Positions 7,032-13,215 of a stretch of DNA of 13,215 nt are shown here, one piece after another; the first letter of the stretch is position 1; every line of letters starts with the position of its first letter. The DNA is from an uncultured Myxococcales bacterium (GTDB taxonomy: Bacteria > Myxococcota > UBA4151). The translations under genes and the position numbers were made by a program. The stretch lies in assembly GCA_964013405.1 (NCBI GenBank), contig CAXGWI010000103.1, positions 1 to 13,215 of the forward strand. The letters run 5' to 3'. The notes beneath the pieces are model-generated. The model worked only from the letters and a program-made list of their open reading frames with translations. It was not told the origin of the DNA and searched no databases.

Positions 7032-8076
7032 CGGCTTCCAAGGAATAGGTGCTGACCAAGGCTCGGCGATTCAGCTGGACGATGCGCAAGTGATAGGCGC
7101 CGGGACTCAGTCGAGGAAAGGTCAACTCGACGCTCACTGCCCCTGCATCGAGCGCTAGGTTTTCGACGAAGACCGGCGCCAAGTCGATGCTGCGGTGGAG
7201 GGCCAAATGAACAAAGGTCTGGGCCAACTCATCGCCTTCGCTGTCCACACTGCGAAGGGTCAGCGTGAGGGGAAAAGGACCTGCTTGGGCCAAGTCGAAG
7301 GCGTACCAATCCTCGTCATCGCCGCACAGAGGCACGTCGATCACGCGCAAATTGCGAAGGTCACCAAGGTGACGGGCTCCTTCTGGATTGTTGCCACTGC
7401 GGTCACTCAAACCATCGCAGGCACTCGCGACGGGCAATTCCGCGTCAAAGACGCAGACGCCACCGAGGTCGGCCTGGCCCGTCGACAAAGCAACGGGACG
7501 AATACAGCGACTTGTATTCGACGGACAATGGGCTCGCTCCAGACAACTGGTCCCCACCTGAACCACCATCTCGTAAGGCTCAGGGTCACTGTCGGCCGCG
7601 TGCACCTGCAATGCGAGGCTCCCTTGAATCGCTTGGGCCGTTAGATTGTTCAAAACACCCAGTTGGGCTTGGCTACAATGGACATCGCCGGCACCGCAAC
7701 GGGCCTTGGGTTCTTCCACCTCCCGGTTCGCCAACACCAACTCGGGCGTCGATTCACCAAGACGCACCAGATAGATTTGCGCCCGCAGCGGCTCATGGGC
7801 GGTGGTCCAATACCGATCGGGACGAGCCGGACACACCTGGCGCTTCAAGAGCCTCTGCGTGCCGACTAACTGGAATCCCTCACGATCATCATCGCCGTCT
7901 TCACAGCCGGCCCCTGGCCGCCGGTAGCCTGGACCGGACCGGTCGCTCACGCAGCGCTCATCACGACAGCTTTGACCCGCCGGGCATTCCAGGCTGCTCC
8001 GGCAAATCTGTCGCTCTGGTTGCAAGACCTCCCCACCACAGGCCACGAGCACCAAGCACCAGGGTAAGCACCTCAT
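7021..8076 (-). CDS. Putative lipoprotein with Cys-rich modules and PPC-like (pre-peptidase C-terminal) domains
   Basis: Lipobox LVA-C13. Cys-rich C-x5-CP-x4/5-C modules occur twice. PPC-like LCGDDEDWYAF...LSPGAYHLRI...YSL. Its ATG overlaps the kinase stop (ATGA, 8076-8073). Confidence 0.8.
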   Translation of the reverse strand: MRCLPWCLVLVACGGEVLQPERQICRSSLECPAGQSCRDERCVSDRSGPGYRRPGAGCEDGDDDREGFQLVGTQRLLKRQVCPARPDRYWTTAHEPLRAQIYLVRLGESTPELVLANREVEEPKARCGAGDVHCSQAQLGVLNNLTAQAIQGSLALQVHAADSDPEPYEMVVQVGTSCLERAHCPSNTSRCIRPVALSTGQADLGGVCVFDAELPVASACDGLSDRSGNNPEGARHLGDLRNLRVIDVPLCGDDEDWYAFDLAQAGPFPLTLTLRSVDSEGDELAQTFVHLALHRSIDLAPVFVENLALDAGAVSVELTFPRLSPGAYHLRIVQLNRRALVSTYSLEAGSF

Positions 8077-10025
8077 TTGCCCAGATCCAAAACGCTGTTT
8101 ACCCCCGCTCGGATCGTCACCATATGAACCAATGGTGGCCCGACGCTACGATACTCCAACTTGTGTCGCCCCGCGTTAAGGCGGATGCGCTTGCATGGGG
8201 GTGGCAGCGTGCAAAGGCGCCTCCCCCCTTTGAGGTAGAGGTGACCCCAACCCGACCGGGGGGGATAGACCGTCAAGGTCCCCTTCGCTGGCCGCTCCAA
8301 TTTCACTGTAAATTGCTTGGTTTCGCCCGGCAGGACCTGAACATCGTGCTCCTGCTTCACATAGCCCTTCTTCTCCACCGTGACTTTGTGGGGGCCCGGC
8401 TTCAGGGCGACCTTGCCGGCATAGTCCTTGCCGGCCACCATCACCACCGCATCCTTCGGCTCCGCGGTGATCTCCAAATGCCCGACGACAGGCTGCAGGG
8501 GAAACTCGCCGCTGCGAGGTACGCGAAGCTCCCCCATCACTTTGATCTGACGCCGCTCCTCCACGTAACCCTCTCGTTGGATCGTGAGGTCGTAGCTACC
8601 AGGCACAACCCGCTCAAGGGCCGGACAGCTCTGCACCTCACCAGATCGGCCCGGGCCCTGAATCGTGACCGTCGCGCCCGAAGGACAAGCGATGGTGAGC
8701 GTGTGCTTGACCGGGTCCTTCTTCAGCACGGGGGGAGGGGGCGGTTTGAGCCCGCGTACGAGGAAAAAACTCGCACCGGTCATCACCAAACCCAAAACCA
8801 CCAGGCCCATGGTGGAGGCAAGGCTCGAGGACGCCTGCTGGGTCATACCGCTCGCCTGACTATGGTCTCTCAGGTCGGATAATGAATCGTCCCAACCGGG
8901 CCCAGATCTCGGCAGCATCTCTCGAGTAGCATCTAGGACGGTGACCTGCTCCTCAACGCCCACGAGGGTACGGGTCTCGTGCCCCGCCACGACGGTTGCC
9001 GGGAGGTCCTCCTCCGGAGCCTCAAGGGATGCCAACTCCCGATTGAGGGTCTCGCCTTCACCGGGGAAACGGCGAGCCAGTAGCGGTCGAAGTAAATCTT
9101 CACTGGAGGCGGACAGGCCCAAAGCCCGCTGTAAGCCTCTAAGGGCACCGACCACCTCGCCGGCACTGCCGTATCGAGCCTCTGGCTCCAAAGCCAACAA
9201 GCGCTCGAGAACAAGGTAGAGGCTCTCGGGTTGATCCGGGAGGGCTTCGCGCAAGTCAGGGTGATCCCCTTGCTGCACCTTGGCCATCAGGCCCAGATCA
9301 CTGTCCGCTCGGTAGAGTGGTCGACCAGCGAGCAGTTCGAAAAGGACCGCGCCCAGCGCATAGAGGTCGGTGCGAATATCCACGGCTTCGTCGCCGGCAA
9401 ACTGCTCCGGACTCATGTAGCGAAACTTGCCTTTGACGACCCCGGTCTCGGTGCGCTCAGTCTGGTCCCGGGCCTTGGCGATGCCGAAGTCGATCACTTT
9501 GACCACACCATCGAAGGTAATCATCACATTGGGCGGTGAGATGTCCCGATGAACCAAGCCGAGGGGCTGACCTTCCCGATCGAGACGGCTCTCCGCATGC
9601 TCCAAAGCTCGGGCGATGCCCAGGGCGATGGCGCTGGCTTCCTCCAGCGTGATTGGAACCTGCTCTGCTGGGCCACCGGGAGGCTTCTCACCTCCCTCTT
9701 GCCGACGCAGTAGATCGCCGAGTGTCACGCCAGGGACGAACTCATAGATTAGGAAGCCCTCATCGGCTTCCTTATGGAACTCATGAACCTGAGCGATGTG
9801 GTGATGGTTGAGTTGGCTGGTGAGTCGAGCCTCCTCGGCCAGGGTTCGAACGAGCCCTTCCTTTTCGGCCACATGTTCGTGGAGCTTTTTGACGGCCACT
9901 GGCTTGCGAAAGCCCGAGGGGCCTTGCTGTAGACCAAGATAGACTTCGGCCAGGCCCCCTGTCGCCAGGCGACGAAGCATCCAGTAGCGACCCAAGCGCC
10001 TTGGTAAGCCGGGCTGGGTATTCAT
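8073..10025 (-). CDS. Membrane-anchored Hanks-type Ser/Thr protein kinase with extracytoplasmic PEGA repeats
   Basis: Kinase motifs LATGGLAEVY, VAVK, EA, HRDISPPN (H159), DFG, GKFRYMSPEQ and DLYALG. One TM helix at about residues 405-423 followed by KPPPPP. PEGA-like units include PGSYDLTIQREGY, AEPKDAVVMVAG and PGPHKVTVEKKGY. SD AAGGA. Confidence 0.95.
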   Translation of the reverse strand: MNTQPGLPRRLGRYWMLRRLATGGLAEVYLGLQQGPSGFRKPVAVKKLHEHVAEKEGLVRTLAEEARLTSQLNHHHIAQVHEFHKEADEGFLIYEFVPGVTLGDLLRRQEGGEKPPGGPAEQVPITLEEASAIALGIARALEHAESRLDREGQPLGLVHRDISPPNVMITFDGVVKVIDFGIAKARDQTERTETGVVKGKFRYMSPEQFAGDEAVDIRTDLYALGAVLFELLAGRPLYRADSDLGLMAKVQQGDHPDLREALPDQPESLYLVLERLLALEPEARYGSAGEVVGALRGLQRALGLSASSEDLLRPLLARRFPGEGETLNRELASLEAPEEDLPATVVAGHETRTLVGVEEQVTVLDATREMLPRSGPGWDDSLSDLRDHSQASGMTQQASSSLASTMGLVVLGLVMTGASFFLVRGLKPPPPPVLKKDPVKHTLTIACPSGATVTIQGPGRSGEVQSCPALERVVPGSYDLTIQREGYVEERRQIKVMGELRVPRSGEFPLQPVVGHLEITAEPKDAVVMVAGKDYAGKVALKPGPHKVTVEKKGYVKQEHDVQVLPGETKQFTVKLERPAKGTLTVYPPRSGWGHLYLKGGRRLCTLPPPCKRIRLNAGRHKLEYRSVGPPLVHMVTIRAGVNSVLDLGK

Positions 10026-10079
10026 AGCTCTCTTATTCCTTTCTTTTGCCCGTAACGCTAGATTCCGCGGGCGAGGAAC

Positions 10080-10108
10080 TCGACAAGGCCTGATTGCCTG
10101 CCTAGGCT
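10080..10108 (+). promoter_or_regulatory. Putative sigma70 promoter for the PEGA protein-lipoprotein operon
   Basis: TCGACA (10080-10085)-N17-TAGGCT (10103-10108), followed by GGAGG at 10116-10120 and GTG at 10134. Confidence 0.6.
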
Positions 10109-10133
10109 TTCGGCTGGAGGTGGCAAACTCAAG

Positions 10134-11312
10134 GTGACGATCCCCCTGCTCGCAGTGCTCCTGGCGGCCCCTGAAGCCCAGCTCGAAATCGGTCAGCCCC
10201 AGCAGGCCGCAGCACCACCTTTTGTCGGGATCACAGCCCTTGATGCAGGCATCGACCCTCGAGCCCAGCGACGCATCACCGAAGGCATGTATCGCCTCCT
10301 TGGACTTCGCCCCCGGGATATCTCAGATCTGGGTGCTTGGACTGCGAGTTTGCGCAAAAGCGAAGAACACTTTCGCCGGGGCAACACCGCCCAGGCCGTC
10401 GAGGTCCTCGGTCAACTGCGGGAAACGCTCGTCAGCCAGGAGACCGTCTGGAAGGAGAGTGTCGATCTCCTCTCCGACACCTTGTTGCTGCAGGGCAGAG
10501 CGCTGCTTCATTTAGGAAAAAAAGAAGCGGCGAAAGAAGTCTTTCGTTGGCACTTTTGCCTGCGCCCACACGAACCCCCTGATCCAGCCCGCTACCGCCC
10601 CCAGGTGGTCGGATTTTATGAAGAACACGCGATGGTTCCTCTGGCCCAACAACGAGTGGCCCTGGAACTCATCTCGGTCCCCGCAGGGCTCTCGGTCTGG
10701 TTGGATGGAAGACGTCTCGGCGCCACCCCCCTCACGATCCCCGCGCTCATTCCCGGACGACATCTCCTTCGCCTCGAAGGGGGCGTTGCCATCCACCAAG
10801 AGATCATTGAACTCAGTCCATCGACTCCTCGCCAGCGCCATCGAGCCCAATTAGCGGGCCAGAACCCATGGCACGAAAAGCTGCTCTCGGCCTGGCGGCA
10901 ACAACAGGGGCTCTTCCCAGTGACAGAAGCGCTAAAGTCCCAAACAGAAGGAACCAGCGGTGTTTGGATGGCCGGCTTGGCCCCGGGCACCAATGGAATG
11001 CTCCTCCACCTGGCCCGCTTCGATGGGGCTGCGAACCTCATCGATGCCGCAAGCCTGCCCCTTCATGGCGACCTAAGTAATCTAGAGACCGTGCTACAGA
11101 CGGCAGCCGCCTTCCCGAACCGGGGACCCATGCCTCGGGAACCAGGGACCGAAGCGTTGATCTTTGGTCAAGATCCCCGGACAGGTCCGCGGTCTTGGTT
11201 GTTGGTTGGAGTCACGGCCACTGCGGTGGCCGCGCTGGCTGTGAGCGTCGGCTTGCTTGCAACGGATCAGGACACCAGCGGCATTTACATCGATCCAAGG
11301 GGCCTACAATGA
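10134..11312 (+). CDS. PEGA domain protein with a signal peptide, TPR-like helices and a C-terminal hydrophobic segment
   Basis: N-terminus IPLLAVLLAA. Helical TPR-like LLLQGRALLHLGKKEAAKEVF. PEGA motif LISVPAGLSVWLDGRRLGATP...PGRHLLRL. C-terminal hydrophobic stretch WLLVGVTATAVAALAVSVGLL. Confidence 0.85.
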   Translation: MTIPLLAVLLAAPEAQLEIGQPQQAAAPPFVGITALDAGIDPRAQRRITEGMYRLLGLRPRDISDLGAWTASLRKSEEHFRRGNTAQAVEVLGQLRETLVSQETVWKESVDLLSDTLLLQGRALLHLGKKEAAKEVFRWHFCLRPHEPPDPARYRPQVVGFYEEHAMVPLAQQRVALELISVPAGLSVWLDGRRLGATPLTIPALIPGRHLLRLEGGVAIHQEIIELSPSTPRQRHRAQLAGQNPWHEKLLSAWRQQQGLFPVTEALKSQTEGTSGVWMAGLAPGTNGMLLHLARFDGAANLIDAASLPLHGDLSNLETVLQTAAAFPNRGPMPREPGTEALIFGQDPRTGPRSWLLVGVTATAVAALAVSVGLLATDQDTSGIYIDPRGLQ

Positions 11313-11689
11313 AGTTAAGCCCATGGATTTTCCTGGTCCTGTTGAGTGGTTGCGGCGGCCCCGAGTTGGATATCGAACTCCGTAAGGACCCCTCTGTGAC
11401 CGAGACGCTGGTCCTGCTCCAGCCCCAAATCCATGAAGTTCCAAGCTCCAATCCAACCATCTATCCGACGGTAAGAATCGCCGAGGGCCCCTTCACCTTG
11501 CCCTTACCCGAGAGCAATCATGCCTTCATGGTCCGTATCGAGGCCTGTGGGGAGGGCGAGGATTGCGGTGTCCATAATCGGGTCGCTTCCGCCTGTTCCA
11601 CCGTCATGACCATACAGGAGGGAGAGCCCCTGCCGCCCATCTTCCTGACCTTCTATCCGGTCGAGCCCGGGCGACAAGGCTGCCCCTAA
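11309..11689 (+). CDS. Small hypothetical lipoprotein (126 aa)
   Basis: ATG 11309 overlaps the upstream TGA (ATGA), with AAGGGG upstream. MKLSPWIFLVLLSG-C15 is a lipobox, and the mature part has four further Cys. The ORF-track start at 11195 lies inside the upstream gene. Confidence 0.8.
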   Translation: MKLSPWIFLVLLSGCGGPELDIELRKDPSVTETLVLLQPQIHEVPSSNPTIYPTVRIAEGPFTLPLPESNHAFMVRIEACGEGEDCGVHNRVASACSTVMTIQEGEPLPPIFLTFYPVEPGRQGCP

Positions 11690-11698
11690 GCGGCCTTG

Positions 11699-13177
11699 CT
11701 AGCTGGACTCCCGAATATCCCAATCGGTACCATCTCGGCGGTCGAACAGGTCGATGCCCATGGTGTTGAGTTGCTCTCGAATCCGGTCGGCTTCGTCAAA
11801 GTTCCGCGCCGTTTTCGCGGCGAAACGTTCCTCGACCAGTTGCTCCACTTTTTCGGTGTCCAACTCAAGGTCTTGGGCCCGCCGATCTCGCCGAGCTTGC
11901 AGCCATTGGGCGGGCGCCTGGCGCGCTAAGCCGAGCACATCGAGCACGGGACGTAGCTGAGCCTGGAGACTTGCTAGCGTCGCAGGCACCCGCTTGCGCT
12001 CCCCTTTGCTCGCAGGGGGGTGGTCGAGCAGCTCATTCGCCTTGCGCAAACCATCGGCAAGAATCCCCAGGAGTTTGGGGGTGTTCAGATCGTCGAGAAG
12101 GGCTTCTTCACTTCGGCTTAAGAGATCGAAGTGCTCCAAGGGCTCTCGCTCAAGGGCCGTCTCCGCTGCCTGGTCCAAGCGCTGGGTGAGTTTGGCCAGA
12201 CTGGTGTAGAGATAAGTGACCCGCTGGCTGGCCTCATCCAGGGGTTTTTGGGAAAAGTTAATCGGCTGCCGATAATGTGTTGTGAGCAGAAAATAGCGAA
12301 TCGCCTCACCATCGTAACGCTCAAGCACCTCTCGAATCGTAAAGAAGTTCCCCAGAGACTTGGACATCTTCTCGTTATCGATGTTCACAAAACCATTGTG
12401 GCACCAGTGACTGGAGAAGGTCTGACCCGTCGCCCCTTCGGACTGAGCGATCTCGTTTTCGTGATGGGGAAAGATCAAGTCACTGCCACCACCATGGATA
12501 TCCAGCGTCGTGCCCAGATGGGTCGTGCTCATGGCCGAGCATTCGATATGCCAGCCGGGTCGTCCCTCGCCCCAGGGGCTCGGCCAAGCTGGCTCGCCGG
12601 GCTTCTTTGCTTTCCACAATGCGAAGTCGAGGGGATCCTTTTTCTTCTCACCGATCTCTACCCGGGCACCGGCTCGCAGGTCGTCTAAATCCCGGCGGCT
12701 CAACTTGCCGTAATCAGCGAGCGAGCGAACCGCAAAGTACACATCGCCTTCCACCGCGTAGGCGTGACCTCGGTCGATCAACTTCTCGGTCATGGCGATG
12801 ATCTCATCGATATGATCGCTGACCTTCGGCTCCACATCGGCCTTCAAGACCCCCAGCGCATCCATGTCCTCGTGAAAGGTCTGGATGTAGCGCTCACTCA
12901 AAGCCAGTGGGTCGACGCCCTCCTCGTTGGCTGCATTGATGATCTTGTCGTCAACGTCGGTGAAATTGCGAACGTATTTGACCTGATAACCCAAGTGCTT
13001 GAGGGCCCGATACATCGTATCGAAAGCGACATAGGCCCGAGCATGACCGATGTGACAAAGGTTATAGACGGTCACACCACAGACATACATGCGGACGAAG
13101 CCGGGCTCTTGAAGAACCAAGGGCTCCACCTGACGACTCAGGGTGTTGTAGAGTCTCGGGACAGGAAGTTCGCTCAT
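11699..13177 (-). CDS. cysS: Cysteine--tRNA ligase
   Basis: Class I HIGH and KMSKS motifs. Zn-ligand motifs CGVTVY, GWHIECS and FPHHENE. Also RNFTDVDDKII, DFALWK, DDLNTP and a C-terminal ADRIR..L..MGI anticodon-binding domain. Confidence 0.99.
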   Translation of the reverse strand: MSELPVPRLYNTLSRQVEPLVLQEPGFVRMYVCGVTVYNLCHIGHARAYVAFDTMYRALKHLGYQVKYVRNFTDVDDKIINAANEEGVDPLALSERYIQTFHEDMDALGVLKADVEPKVSDHIDEIIAMTEKLIDRGHAYAVEGDVYFAVRSLADYGKLSRRDLDDLRAGARVEIGEKKKDPLDFALWKAKKPGEPAWPSPWGEGRPGWHIECSAMSTTHLGTTLDIHGGGSDLIFPHHENEIAQSEGATGQTFSSHWCHNGFVNIDNEKMSKSLGNFFTIREVLERYDGEAIRYFLLTTHYRQPINFSQKPLDEASQRVTYLYTSLAKLTQRLDQAAETALEREPLEHFDLLSRSEEALLDDLNTPKLLGILADGLRKANELLDHPPASKGERKRVPATLASLQAQLRPVLDVLGLARQAPAQWLQARRDRRAQDLELDTEKVEQLVEERFAAKTARNFDEADRIREQLNTMGIDLFDRRDGTDWDIRESS

Positions 13178-13215
13178 GGTTCCGACAAGGTGGTGAACAG
13201 GCGGAACGGATCCCC
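13174..13215 (-). CDS. Possible C-terminal end of an upstream gene coupled to cysS (ATGA overlap)
   Basis: An open frame from the window edge reads GDPFRLFTTLSEP*, and its TGA overlaps the cysS ATG. With only 13 codons visible it cannot be identified. Confidence 0.3.
   Translation of the reverse strand, partial: GDPFRLFTTLSEP

Noticed and set aside
8729..8744. G-run cluster as a G-quadruplex or regulatory element
   Set aside because: It is fully explained by the poly-Pro linker (KPPPPP) of the minus-strand kinase.
7512..8882. 456-aa plus-strand ORF
   Set aside because: It is antisense to two well-supported genes, has an R/P/H-rich composition and no recognisable motifs. Such ORFs are common in GC-rich DNA.
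241..10106. CCTAGG recurring in three intergenic regions (241, 2186, 10101) as a shared operator
   Set aside because: The flanks share nothing further, and one copy is explained by a -10 box (TAGGCT). CTAG is commonly depleted in coding DNA, so intergenic enrichment is expected.
11195..11308. ORF-track N-terminal extension of the small lipoprotein
   Set aside because: It overlaps the PEGA gene. ATG 11309 gives a clean lipoprotein signal peptide and an ATGA coupling.
12131..12688. 185-aa plus-strand ORF and other short ORFs within cysS, hflX and the kinase gene
   Set aside because: These are antisense or alternative-frame shadows of conserved genes with no independent evidence.

Overview
GC-rich bacterial chromosomal segment, most likely Myxococcota or a related deltaproteobacterium. 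This is inferred from a MYXO-CTERM-like sorting signal, a PEGA-containing Ser/Thr kinase, a DUF6178-like protein and a long-form HflX. Housekeeping genes are the 5' part of radA (missed by the ORF track), rpsU with a strong SD and an intrinsic terminator, hflX and cysS. They are interleaved with two envelope/signalling blocks. Block 1 is a minus-strand run: a Cys-rich Ig-like MYXO-CTERM protein, a DUF6178-like protein and a multi-pass membrane protein with a GYF_2-like N-terminus. Block 2 is a mirror-symmetric divergent cassette: a PEGA Ser/Thr kinase plus a lipoprotein on the minus strand, and a PEGA/TPR-like protein plus a lipoprotein on the plus strand. The clearest DNA-level oddity is an exact 39-bp tandem duplication of the hflX 3' end that separates two otherwise overlapping convergent stop codons. 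No mobile element, CRISPR array, tRNA or rRNA was recognised. Domain calls come from motif recognition by eye, not database searches.
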